Part shown: positions 8,905-19,368 of the stretch, piece by piece
Numbering within the stretch: position 1 is the first letter of the stretch
Layout of the letters: each line of letters begins with the position of its first letter
Origin: Amoebidium appalachense
Taxonomy: Eukaryota; Protista; Ichthyosporea
Direction: 5' to 3'
Assembly: GCA_963693365.1 (NCBI GenBank)
Contig: CAVNZM010000010.1
Span: 8,948,554 to 9,012,553, forward strand
DNA: 64,000 nt
Notes under the pieces: model-generated
Told to the model about the DNA's origin: nothing
Databases searched by the model: none
What the model saw: only the letters and a program-made list of their open reading frames with translations
Translations under genes and position numbers: made by a program

Positions 8905-11190
8905 CTACAAGGCCGCGGCCGCGTTGGAGGGGGGCTCGTCGTTGCCGGGGCCGTCGGCGCGATGGCGTCTGCGAGGTGTTTCTTCGTCCCGCCCGTCGCC
9001 ATCATCCGCCTCCGACCTCCGCCTTTTCTGGGCGGATTGCGACTCGAACACTTCCATTAAACCCTTCAACCGGGCGCCGACCCCGGCCTCGATGCGAGAT
9101 TCTATGTCTTTTTCCAGGTCTTCTTTTTCCTTGACCAGTGCGGCAATCTTAGAATATTGGGATTCCAATTTCGATTCCAATTTCTGGTTCCTGTTATGTT
9201 CAGTCTCATAGGACTGTTTGAGCTTTGACACCTCCCGTTTGAGGTTGGCCGCCTTCCCTATCTCGCCAGCGAGTTCCGTCCTGAGTTCTTTAAGTTCCTG
9301 CTCGAGGCGTTTTCGCTCCGTTTCCTTGGTCTCCTTCCATTTCGTATTTTCGGCTTTGAGTTTGCGAACTTTCTCTTCGAGGCCGTTGATCTTTGTCGAG
9401 TCCGCGTTGTTGCGACGTGTGAGCTCCTCGATCTTCGCTTCCTTCTCCGTGCTAAGCTTCTCTAAGGTTTCCCTCGTCTCTTTTCCTCCCACGACTGCGA
9501 TCTTCAAATTTTGCTTCAGCGTCGCGCTTTCCTGCTCGAGCTTAACGATCTGCGCGCGGTACCGCCCCGAAACCATGCCGACGAGGCGCGTGATGGTGGA
9601 AACCACCTCCATAGTGGCCACGGAGTCGCCGCCGAGTAGACCGGATAGGTCGCTCAAGGGGTCGGCTGAGGGTGGGAGTGCGAGGCGCGCGGGCCGTCTA
9701 ACGTCTTGCTCCTGCTCCTCCGCTCGCTCCTTCTCAGTCTCTCGTTCTCGTTCGAACTCTCGCTCCGCTCCCTTGTTCTCTTCACGCTCATCTCGCTCCG
9801 TTCCCTCGTTCTGTGGATCTTGTTCCAAATCTCGCTCCTCTCGCACTTGCTCCTCTCTCTCCTTCTCTTGCTCCTTCTCTCGCTCCATCTCTCGTTCCTT
9901 CTCTCGCACTCGCTCCTCCGCTTGCTCCTTCTCTCGGTCCTTCTCTCGCTCCTTCTCTCGCACTCGCTCCTCCGCTTGCTCCTTCTCTCGCTCCATCTCT
10001 CGCTCCTTCTTCTCTCGCTCCTTCTTCTCTCGTTCAATCTCTCGCTCCTTCTCTCGCTCCTTCTTCTCTCGCTCCTTCTCTCGCTCCATCTCTCGCTCCT
10101 TCTTCTCTCGCTCCATCTCTCGCTCCTTCTCTCGTTCCATCTCTCGCTCCTTCTCTCTCTTGTTGTCCTCTCGATCCTTTCGCTTCTTTCGCTCCATTTC
10201 TCGATCTTTCTCTCGACCTTGCTCTCTCTCTCGGTTAATTCGCGCCTCCCCTCGCCGCTGACTCTGCAGCTGTTTCTGTTGCTGGGCCCCAGCAGGCGAA
10301 TGGAACAGTCCGGTCGTGGAAAATGGTTGGTGTTGCCCCGTGTGTGCCCCAGGAGAGAAGAGTCGTGGCTGTGCAAATGGTATAGGCTGTGGAGAGGCCT
10401 GCAGAGGCCGTGTCATTGGTTGTGGCTGAAACCCGAATTGCCGAGGGTCGAGAGTGTTGGGTAGAATTGGTCTGTTTTTGGTGCCGCCGGTCGTGGTTTG
10501 GGGTCCCGTGGTGGGAGCTGCCGGGGATGCAGAGGACGGTGCTGTCAGGGGTGGAAGATCGAACGGGGATGCAGAGGACGGTGCTGTCGCGGGTGGAAGA
10601 TTGATATCGGGAAACCAATCTACAGGAAAATCAATCACTTCCTCTTGTGGGAGCAACCACTCGAAACTTTCAATCGCCAACCAATCTATGTCCTGGGGCG
10701 GAATTGTCATCGAAGGGCGGAAAGTCTTTCCGGGTGTAAAACGTTGCAAAAATGTTGCCAATGAACACGGATAAACCCACGTGTTCACACCGGTCAAACG
10801 TGTAGCCGTTAAAGGTTCAACATAGAGGACTTTCAACTCATCGGCTACATGCCTTAGTATCCCGGCTGCTTTTCTCAGGCGGAGGAAATCAGAAAGCGAA
10901 GGTGTCGTGATGTGTTCATCTGGCTGTGTGCGCGATGAAGAATGTGAAGCAACGTGAATGAAATGGTGGAACGGCGTATTTGGTCCTGTTTTTGTAGAAG
11001 GTACACAAACGTGGTTGTGGTCTTCTGTGCACTCGCCCAACGCGCACGATTTATCTATAGTCACATCCAAAAACACATCATCTCCCCTCGTCACTAACGC
11101 TGCCTCAAAATATCGATCTTCACCAACTCTGACTCCAATAGTGCCTGGGGCGTACAGGCGCAATAAGCATGCAAACTGTGCTCGGTCCAT
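8905..11190 (-). CDS. 761-aa protein with E/R/K-rich low-complexity repeats and C-terminal coiled coil
   Basis: Long ORF with EREKEREME repeats (~9840-10230), heptad-rich C-terminus and an NLS-like QKRRRS. Confidence 0.75.
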   Translation of the reverse strand: MDRAQFACLLRLYAPGTIGVRVGEDRYFEAALVTRGDDVFLDVTIDKSCALGECTEDHNHVCVPSTKTGPNTPFHHFIHVASHSSSRTQPDEHITTPSLSDFLRLRKAAGILRHVADELKVLYVEPLTATRLTGVNTWVYPCSLATFLQRFTPGKTFRPSMTIPPQDIDWLAIESFEWLLPQEEVIDFPVDWFPDINLPPATAPSSASPFDLPPLTAPSSASPAAPTTGPQTTTGGTKNRPILPNTLDPRQFGFQPQPMTRPLQASPQPIPFAQPRLFSPGAHTGQHQPFSTTGLFHSPAGAQQQKQLQSQRRGEARINREREQGREKDREMERKKRKDREDNKREKEREMEREKEREMEREKKEREMEREKEREKKEREKEREIEREKKEREKKEREMEREKEQAEERVREKEREKDREKEQAEERVREKEREMEREKEQEKEREEQVREERDLEQDPQNEGTERDEREENKGAEREFERERETEKERAEEQEQDVRRPARLALPPSADPLSDLSGLLGGDSVATMEVVSTITRLVGMVSGRYRAQIVKLEQESATLKQNLKIAVVGGKETRETLEKLSTEKEAKIEELTRRNNADSTKINGLEEKVRKLKAENTKWKETKETERKRLEQELKELRTELAGEIGKAANLKREVSKLKQSYETEHNRNQKLESKLESQYSKIAALVKEKEDLEKDIESRIEAGVGARLKGLMEVFESQSAQKRRRSEADDGDGRDEETPRRRHRADGPGNDEPPSNAAAAL

Positions 11191-11641
11191 ATCTCGCGGA
11201 GTCTACGAATTCTTACGCATTTTCGGCCTAGCGATTTAGTACATTGTGGCAGCTTATTTGGCCAGGGCTGGGTTTTGTACGTTTTTTTTTATCAAAGAGC
11301 CGCGCAGCCAATCGTTCACTTCCGATGAACCAACAACCAATCGTTATTTCGATTGGAAATCGGTGATTGGATGATATTCAGCCAACAAATGGGCTGTTGC
11401 CATGTGTCATTAATGATTGGTTTGTCGAAATGTCTCGCATTTTTCTTGACTTGTTGGATCGCTGATCTTCAACCAGTCATATATCTACAAATTGCTTTTC
11501 TGTTATTTTAATTGGCTAGACGTCATGCAAGTGTTTTGGGCTAAAAGATTCCCGTGCTGTGATTGGTTGCTCAATCGTATCACGTTGGAAGATGCATCGG
11601 TATGTTGTTTTTGCTTTATTGAGTCTCTCGGGTCGGACGTT

Positions 11642-12067
11642 CTACTCCGAGTCGCCGTCGTCGAGGATGGAATCTGTTTCTATATAGTTGTCCTTGTCGA
11701 CGTGTTTGAGTGATTGCTTTGTGGCGAGGTCTTTGTCCGGTATGGCAGTCAGGAAGGATACCAGGTCGTTGGCCTTTTTCGTGTCCTTGAAGTACGTTTC
11801 GAGCTGACGGCGGAGATACTGTTCGCTTAGTTGTGGCTTTTTGATTGATTCTTGAAGAATCAGAAGGTCTTTCGTGGGAAGCTCGAGTGACCTGACATTT
11901 CCAGACGACATGTACTTCAGAATGGCCTTCTTTATAGTATTCATTTTCTTGGTAACAGGTTTTGTCTGTGCCGCGTGCTCCTTGATCTGTGCGTGGAGGG
12001 TTGCATAGTCACGCAAAACGCCCTTCAAGCTCTCTACATTGGAGATCTCGGTGTTTGGTTTTCCCAT
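11642..12067 (-). CDS. Small helical protein resembling the giant-virus DUF5760 family
   Basis: Pattern Y..L..QIK....K...KK...IKK.IL.YM....V..LEL....L.....KKP.LS...L...L..YF....KA..LV.FL, recognised from memory of the family. Confidence 0.6.
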   Translation of the reverse strand: MGKPNTEISNVESLKGVLRDYATLHAQIKEHAAQTKPVTKKMNTIKKAILKYMSSGNVRSLELPTKDLLILQESIKKPQLSEQYLRRQLETYFKDTKKANDLVSFLTAIPDKDLATKQSLKHVDKDNYIETDSILDDGDSE

Positions 12068-12118
12068 TTGCTATTACACACACATAATATTTTGTGGTGT
12101 TTTCGGCGATGTCGTGGT

Positions 12119-12181
12119 GCTTACGTCATCGAGTCTTGGTTCTGCTTGCGTCATCGAGTCTTGTTCTGCTTGCGTCATCGA
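12119..12181. promoter_or_regulatory. Three ~24-bp tandem units with bZIP-type sites (TTACGTCAT/TTGCGTCAT) between divergent genes
   Basis: GCTT(A/G)CGTCATCGA occurs three times in the short gap between starts at 12067 (-) and 12191 (+), followed by TATAAA. Confidence 0.45.
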
Positions 12182-12190
12182 CGATTATAA

Positions 12191-13501
12191 ATGACGATGT
12201 CATCGACCGCGAGCCCGACGTTTCGATCATTGGTTGGATTTGTCCGTGTGAACCCCATGATGCGTTTTGCGACGACCGGGGCGAGTTGTGTGCCGCTGTG
12301 CTTTTTCAACCATCCTGTCGAAGGAGCCTCCGTGTTCCTAGCCCGACCCCGTGCCTACAATCCATTTGGGGGTGTCGAGAGGTGGAGCCTTGAGACGGGC
12401 CCCGTTGGCTTCGCGAGCGCTGGTCTGGCGCGGTTTTGCGAGTTGACCACAGCGTACGTCGTGCTGGTGGTCGATTATCCGACGTTTGTTGTGTGGGGCA
12501 AATGTACAATCTCGTTGGTTAATCGCCATCGCGCGGAACCTGGCGTTGGCCAATCAGCGGTGCTGCGCGCGTCACCGGGCAGTGCAAACGCGGATAGGCG
12601 GGTTGGGGCCGCGTCGGGTGACATACTCGCGCTGGACGTCTTGCTGCCGTTCGATGTAACCGGTGCGCGTCTCGTTGGATACAGCGGTCGCCACGGGGTC
12701 GTGGTATTTTTGATCCACAGCAGCCCAGATCTGGGTGACTGGGCCTGTCCGCAGCTCCGGGGATATGGGACCGGTACTGCCGGGGCTGGGAAAGGACCCG
12801 GGTTGCCGCTTTGGTCGATGGACCGACATGTGGTCTCCGAGCATCCGTGTTCTGTGGGCGACTCACTTGTTGTGTTGTGTCGGGGAGAGCGAGGATCGAC
12901 GTTTGTTGTGTCGGTTGATTGGGTCACGGGTGCGCGGAACTGGAGTGTCTGTCTGGGTGGGTGGATGGGCGCGATGGGGGTGTTGTCGGTGTCGAGTGTC
13001 GATATCCGTGTTCTGTACCACAATCATGCGCCAGGTGAGGACGGGACGCTCGCGGTGGTGGACGCGATCGGTCTGCGGGACGGCCGACTTCTTGGGGAAT
13101 GCAGAGTGGATATGCTGACGACTGGTAGACCTCATTGGTGGGGTGATGAAGTCGGGTGTGCATTCTGTTCAAAGGCACCCCTCGAGCCCACACATCGATA
13201 CTTTGCCAAGCGTGCGTTATGTACTTGTTGGGTGGATATGTACGAGAGGACGGTGTTGTGCCGCGGGGGCGACCGATTGTATGTTGGTCGCCTGGGTTTC
13301 AGTAGAGGGGATAGCGATGTGCTGATATACGAAGTCGGCGCTGACGATGTGGTGCGTCTTGTCAGCCAGCATCGCGTGTTTCTGGATGGTGTCGTGCACG
13401 CGCTGACCATGAGTGTCGCCAGTCGATTCGTTGTTTTGGGGGCACACGTGACCGCCGATGGAGGGAGTATCTTTCAGGTTTTTCGGTGGAAGATCGAGTG
13501 A
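12191..13501 (+). CDS. Hypothetical beta-rich protein (436 aa), possibly a beta-propeller
   Basis: Long ORF with Val-rich strands and a PQQ-repeat-like segment VVSVDWVTGARNWSV. Confidence 0.6.
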   Translation: MTMSSTASPTFRSLVGFVRVNPMMRFATTGASCVPLCFFNHPVEGASVFLARPRAYNPFGGVERWSLETGPVGFASAGLARFCELTTAYVVLVVDYPTFVVWGKCTISLVNRHRAEPGVGQSAVLRASPGSANADRRVGAASGDILALDVLLPFDVTGARLVGYSGRHGVVVFLIHSSPDLGDWACPQLRGYGTGTAGAGKGPGLPLWSMDRHVVSEHPCSVGDSLVVLCRGERGSTFVVSVDWVTGARNWSVCLGGWMGAMGVLSVSSVDIRVLYHNHAPGEDGTLAVVDAIGLRDGRLLGECRVDMLTTGRPHWWGDEVGCAFCSKAPLEPTHRYFAKRALCTCWVDMYERTVLCRGGDRLYVGRLGFSRGDSDVLIYEVGADDVVRLVSQHRVFLDGVVHALTMSVASRFVVLGAHVTADGGSIFQVFRWKIE

Positions 13502-13805
13502 TGTGTGGGCTACTATTGCCCGGTGTACTAACGATTTGAAGCTACACAGCTGGCTATTTTTGCTTTCGTGCTCGCTTATTAGTATTCAATTTACACACCA
13601 TGTTCTGTCATTTGGTTTCGGTGTTGGCACTAAGATATGTAATTGCACACCGACATGTGTCGACGGTTCATAGTCTTTGCTTCTGTTTGCCAGCACTGCC
13701 AAAGTTTGTATCCATCAAACATTATATATAAACTGTATCTGTATCTGTGTGTTGTTCCCCGTTCCGTGCATGCTCGATAATAGCAAGTAAAATAATGGGT
13801 TAGTC

Positions 13806-14787
13806 TCATATGACCACTGATTCGATGTATCCTCGGGTGGGTGCGGCGTCCCTTGCAGGGCAGCCATGTGTGTGTTGCGTTTGTGTTGTGGATTGTGCGT
13901 ACAGGTCGAGCTTGCGTTCGTGGCCGACAAAGAAATTTGTCGTGAGGGTCGCGATTGTTCGGCTTGACGCGAGTGTCACTTGGTATGCCTTGAGGGATGC
14001 ACATGCAAATGCTTTGTCGTCGAAGAAAGACTCGCATCTCGCCAGTGTTTTTGAGATTGTTGTCGAGCCGGATTTGACGGCCGTGACCGTTCCACAGTCG
14101 TGCAGTGGAAACGCAACATATGTGCCTTCAAAAGCACCCTTGACGGTCCAACAAGGGCTCTGTTTGTCTCCAGAGAAGTGGATCAGTCCTGAAGATATTG
14201 CCCCGTGAACTGTCCCGTCGTATGTCATCCACGGAGACGATCCGTGTGTGAATACGCGGCCGCCGTGTACATCCAGAAATGCAATTCTATGGATGTTTGG
14301 GTCCCTCGATGTGGCCGTTTTCTGTTGGGGTTCGTTATTTTCCTGGTAGAGTCTTTTGTAATTGGCGAGTTCGTGGTGAAGCCTAATGTTATCCTTTTCC
14401 GTCTCTTGTAATGAATTTATAAGCCTGTTCTGATTATTTAAGAGCTTGATCGCATTGCTTATTTGCGATATGATATTTTCCAATTCCTTCTCGAGTGGAT
14501 CGTCTTTGGGTTTTTTCTGTTGTGCCTGGTTGCAAATGAGCAGCCATCGTCGTGAAATGGTTCAAAATTTTGAGTGTCTGTGTGGAGGTTCTGTTAAACA
14601 TGTTTATTATATTTTTAATGTCGTCTATTTTGTTTGGGTCGTCGACATCAGTGCCACCCCCAACTGTTCCCGATCCAGCGGTGTCGCTTTCTTTTGGCAT
14701 TTTCGATAACAATCTGACGATGTCATCGTGTGTGGCGCTCAGTGAATTCCGAATTCCGCTTAGAATTTCTTCGTTGTCGGTTGACAT
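13806..14787 (-). CDS. Hypothetical protein(s): overlapping ORFs 14434-14787 and 13806-14483, possibly one frameshifted gene
   Basis: Same strand with a 50-bp overlap; the downstream ORF starts at a non-ATG codon; both have coiled-coil-like segments. Confidence 0.5.
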
Positions 14788-14872
14788 TTCTGCTTATCAT
14801 TGCTGTGAAAATATCGGCACCGCCCGAGCGACAAATTATTGGTCTCGTAACAGACACGCCAATCGGCTAGTC

Positions 14873-16190
14873 TGGTGGGACGGAAACACGGGTTCTGTGT
14901 GGCGACCAATCGGAACGCGCGGTTGGGGCGTGGTCGTGGTGACGGGACTGCGGTCAAGAGTAGGAGCATCATCGAAGACCCTGTCGTGTCGGACGCGCAA
15001 TCTGATTGGTGGGACGGAAACACGGGTTCTGTGTGGCGACCAATCGGAACGCGCGGTTGGGGCGTGGTCGTGGTGACGGGACTGCGGTCAAGAGTAGGAG
15101 CATCATCGAAGACCCTGTCGTGTCGGACGCGCAATCTGATTGGTGGGACGGAAACACGGGTTCTGTGTGGCGACCAATCGGAACGCGCGGTTGGGGCGTG
15201 GTCGTGGTAACGGGACTGCGGTCAAGAGTAGGAGCATCATCGAAGACCCTGTCGTGTCGGACGCGCAATCTGATTGGTGGGACGGAAACACGGGTTCTGT
15301 GTGGCGACAAATCGGAACGCGCGGTTGGGGCGTGGTCGTGGTGACGGGACTGCGGTCAAGAGTAGGAGCATCATCGAAGACCCTGTCGTGTCGGACGCGC
15401 AATCTGATTGGTGGGACGGAAACACGGGTTCTGTGTGGCGACCAATCGGAACGCGCGGTTGGGGCGTGGTCGTGGTGACGGGACTGCGGTCAAGAGTAGG
15501 AGCATCATCGAAGACCCTGTCGTGTCGGACGCGCAATCTGATTGGTGGGACGGAAACACGGGTTCTGTGTGGCGACCAATCGGAACGCGCGGTTGGGGCG
15601 TGGTCGTGGTGACGGGACAGCGGTCAAGAGTAGGAGCATCATCGAAGACCCTGTCGTGTCGGACGCGCAATCTGATTGGTGGGACGGAAACACGGGTTCT
15701 GTGTGGCGACAAATCGGAACGCGCGGTTGGGGCGTGGTCGTGGTGACGGGACTGCGGTCAAGAGTAGGAGCATCATCGAAGACCCTGTCGTGTCGGACGC
15801 GCAATCTGATTGGTGGGACGGAAACACGGGTTCTGTGTGGCGACAAATCGGAACGCGCGGTTGGGGCGTGGTCGTGGTGACCGGACTGCGGTCAAGAGTA
15901 GGAGCATCATCGAAGACCCTGTCGTGTCGGACGCGCAATCTGATTGGTGGGACGGAAACACGGGTTCTGTGTGGCGACCAATCGGAACGCGCGGTTGGGG
16001 CGTGGTCGTGGTGACGGGACTGCGGTCAAGAGTAGGAGCATCATCGAAGACCCTGTCGTGTCGGACGCGCAATCTGATTGGTGGGACGGAAACACGGGTT
16101 CTGTGTGGCGACCAATCGGAACGCGCGGTTGGGGCGTGGTCGTGTGGTCAAGAGTTCGAAGACCCTATCGTGTCGAACGCGCAATCTGAT
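14873..16190. repeat. 134-bp tandem array, 9 near-identical units plus 1 degenerate unit
   Basis: Unit start TGGTGGGACGGAAACACGGG at 14873, 15007, 15141 ... 16079. Few substitutions (e.g. GACCAATC versus GACAAATC); the last unit has internal deletions. Confidence 0.97.
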
Positions 16191-16425
16191 GTGTGATATT
16201 TCTGTTGTTGTTTTTTTTTGTTATTCTATCCTCCTTCTGTGATTGGTGTACAACAATCTTAAACCGGGCGGTCCAATTAATGGATGTCTCTTGATACTTT
16301 GTTTTTGTCGCTACGTTGTGTGTCTCCTGGCTATAAGAAGTGTTGCGTGTGTGTCAGTATGCTCATCCTACAGTCGCAGCTTTCTCTTCACATCTACTCT
16401 AGCTCTCAACGAGGCTGTTTTCAAC

Positions 16426-17623
16426 ATGTCTAACCTTAGCTCTCGAGACTACGACTTGGGGGTTGATGGTGCTGCAATCGAGGCGGCCCTTGCCATTCCT
16501 AGGAATGTCAAAAACCTTGTGCGCGTTGCTGGGTTCGGATGTGTTGTCCGTGATCTGATGGCTACTTTTGCCGACTATACCCACGACGAGGGGCTCAAGG
16601 AAATCCTTTCTGCTATCAAGTGTATGTTACCTGAAGGGATACCGCAATACCCGAGGGGTTTCACTTCAGAAGACGAAGAGAGTCTGAGGACCGCCATCGT
16701 TTCTTACTGCAAGAGTAGCAACCGCAACGCCAAGATTGCTCGGAATGTCGAATCACGTGCCGGTGATCTCGCCCAGTCTATGGGTGCCGCCCCCATGGCC
16801 CCGCCTCAAGATGTCGCCCCCATCGCCCCGCCTCAAGATGTCGCCCCCATGGTTCCGCCTCAAGATGTCGACACCGAGATGGCCGAGCAAGACCCAGATG
16901 ATACTAAGGCGGGTGATCACAATTCGGCAAGGAGCTCCAGTAGTAGGTCTGATACCGAATCGTCTTCGTCTTCATCTGATGACGATGACAACGATGACAA
17001 CGATGACAACGATGACAACAAGGGGGCTATCTGTCTCAAAGAGTTCTACAGTCTTATGCAGAAGAATCGTGAGAGCCAGGACAACGTGGTTATCGATGTG
17101 CCAGCCTCGCGGTTTGCTATGTTCGATGAACTGGGCAATCCGATCTTTGTCGAGTCACGCCATCCAATCGCCGACCCCCAAACCGCTCCGATCGATGTTT
17201 CCTCTGACGATGACACCACTCAAGATCGTCCGCCTGTCGCTCAGCCCGTCGTCTCTAATGGGATCAGTAAGACCACTGGCCGCAAGTTGGCGATTCCATC
17301 GGTGGGCAAGACCCCCCCCGGGACTGCCGAGGCACTTCGGAAGATCGCGAATGCCGGTGTTCAAAAGCACTCCAAGCCCAAGAAGTCTAAGCCCAAGAAG
17401 TCTAAGAAGTCTAAGTCGGCTCCCTCGCCCGCCCGCACCCAACAACATTGCCGACTGTAATAACCCAGAGAGTAGAAAACGTGCATTTTCTGAATATATG
17501 GATACTTGCAAGAATATTTGTAAACTGGTAAAGAAGAATATATTGACAGAGGAGCAGGCTAAACAGTTTAAAATTGCGGCCTGGCAGAAGAGAATCGAAG
17601 ACGAGTCAAAGCCTGATGAATAG
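16426..17623 (+). CDS. Hypothetical protein with PPQDV repeats, acidic tract and Lys-rich tract; probable frameshift near 17430
   Basis: ATG 16426 is open to 17460. A helical-looking C-terminus (RKRAFSEYMDTCKNICKLVKKNILTEEQAKQFKIAAW) continues in another frame to 17623. Confidence 0.6.
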
Positions 17624-17852
17624 GTTTTGTGTTGCTTTACGATGTGTTACACGGATGTAAATCATGTCATTAGTGTCGATGTATGCGTGTTCTTAGTCTT
17701 AACAGTAGATTCGGCTTCTATTAGTATGCATATGTGTTTCTGTGCTTGTTTCTTATATCGACTTGGCTTGTCAATATATATATATATATATATATATGTA
17801 AAAAGTTTCATTGTGTTGTTACTCGATATGTTTGGTGAATATTATTAAATAA

Positions 17853-18110
17853 ACCCCCCCCCCCCCCCCCCCCCGGCCCCCGGCCCCCCTGCCTCGCGTG
17901 CCTCGCGTGCCTCACGTGCCTCACCTGCCTCACGTGCCCCCCCCTGCCTCACGTGCCCCCCCTGCCTCACGTGCCCCCCCCCTGCCTCACCTGCCTCACG
18001 TGCCCCCCCTGCCCCCCCCCCCCCCTGCCTCATCTGCCCCCCCCCCTGCCTCACGTCCCCCCCCCCCTGCCTCACCTGCCCCCCCCTGCCTCACCTGCCC
18101 CCCCCCTGCC
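17853..18110. repeat. Low-complexity block of (C/G)TGCCTCAC and poly-C units
   Basis: Repeated TGCCTCACG/TGCCTCACC interspersed with C runs. Confidence 0.85.
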
Positions 18111-18126
18111 CGGGTCAAGACTTAGC

Positions 18127-18399
18127 TCGTGTAGACTTAGCTTTTTTCTCTCTCTCTCTCTTTTCTCTCTCTCTCTCTCTCTCTCGTGTAGACTTAGCTT
18201 TTTTCTCTCTCTCTCTCTTTCCTCTCTCTCTCTCTCTCTCTCGTGTAGACTTAGCTTTTTTCTCTCTCTCTCTCTTTTCTCTCTCTCTCTCTCTCTCTCG
18301 TGTAGACTTAGCTTTTTTCTCTCTCTCTCTCTCGTGTAGACTTAGCTTTTTTCTCTCTCTCTCTCTCGTGTAGACTTAGCTTTTTTCTCTCTCTCTCTC
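18127..18399. repeat. Minisatellite: TCGTGTAGACTTAGCTTTTTT followed by (CT)n, 6 copies
   Basis: Copies at 18127, 18184, 18241, 18298, 18332 and 18366. Confidence 0.92.
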
Positions 18400-18525
18400 A
18401 CCCCACCCCGCGTGCCTCCCGTGCCTCCTGTGCCTCCTGTGCCTCCTGTGCCTCCTGTGCCTCCTGTGCATTCCCCGTTCCCCGTTCCCCGGCCTGTTTC
18501 TGATTGGTTTCTTGTCTTTACTTTA

Positions 18526-19368
18526 TTAGGCAAACAGGCGCGTGATGCTGTTGGTCGGGACACACAGCTTGCCGGTGGGTCGGGCAGTGACGTCAGCCAC
18601 GAATCCGGGCGCGATGATTGGCTTCACTTCCGGCTCTGGAATGTGTGGCTCCATCAACACCTCGAAGTCTTGCACCATGCTTGGGTCGGTCCAGCCACGT
18701 GCCTGTGTGCAGTAAACACGCCAATGGGCTCTCGCCACGTGCACGGCCTCCGTGTAGTCGGTGTATGTGCCGATCTTGTGGTATTGCCCTTTCTTGTGCA
18801 CCATTGGAAACCGCACCTCGAAGAAACCTTCGCGGGTGTTCACAAACCGGCATGGCTGCCCTGTGATTCGTCTCTTGAACTTGTTATAGGCCTTTGGTCG
18901 CGGGCAGAGATTGGTCCGTCGGTTGTCCTTTACTGATTGGTTTCGGTGATCGATCTCGAAGTCCGTACTCGCGGTGATAATGCCCTGGAAATAGCACACC
19001 AACTGGTGTGCAGCCGGTGACTCAGCCACGTGTTGATTCCAGCCCGGTAGGTAGAGTCGTAGGTAGCCTTTGGTATCGCGTACCCAGCCCACACGTGTTG
19101 CCCAGGTCATGTCCTCCTCGGAAAAACACCAATCGATTCCGCCCATTCTTATCGTATCCGTACCCACCGCGTGCATCTCATTGGCTTCACTCCACGTGTT
19201 CATCACCGGCTCATCGTTTGCGTCATACCAGAACAGGCTGAACCCACTGCCCTTCTGAATGTTGCTGTTGTACCATGTTATTAGTTGTAAAGGCTTGTAT
19301 ATGCCCAGAGCAACCAGAAATTTGCACCATTGTGGCGCGTTGTGTATTTCATCATCCATGATCGCCAT
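18526..19368 (-). CDS. HNH endonuclease with C-terminal AP2-like DNA-binding domain
   Basis: KGYLRL...AHQLV...EIDHRNQSVKDNRRTNL...YN (HNH), then RFVNTREGFFEVRF...GQYHKIGTYTDYTEAVHVA (AP2-like: three strands plus G.y.t..eA helix). Confidence 0.8.
   Translation of the reverse strand: MAIMDDEIHNAPQWCKFLVALGIYKPLQLITWYNSNIQKGSGFSLFWYDANDEPVMNTWSEANEMHAVGTDTIRMGGIDWCFSEEDMTWATRVGWVRDTKGYLRLYLPGWNQHVAESPAAHQLVCYFQGIITASTDFEIDHRNQSVKDNRRTNLCPRPKAYNKFKRRITGQPCRFVNTREGFFEVRFPMVHKKGQYHKIGTYTDYTEAVHVARAHWRVYCTQARGWTDPSMVQDFEVLMEPHIPEPEVKPIIAPGFVADVTARPTGKLCVPTNSITRLFA

Noticed and set aside
9218-10464. Ser/Arg-rich and Leu-rich ORFs on the plus strand
   Set aside because: Antisense readings of the EREKE repeat region of 8905-11190.
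14873-16190. CRISPR array or repeat-encoded proteins
   Set aside because: Units repeat over their whole length with no unique spacers and no cas genes; the staggered 112-aa ORFs are by-products of the 134-bp period.
18127-18399. CRISPR-like array of 21-bp repeats
   Set aside because: The intervening sequences are only (CT)n tracts, not unique spacers.
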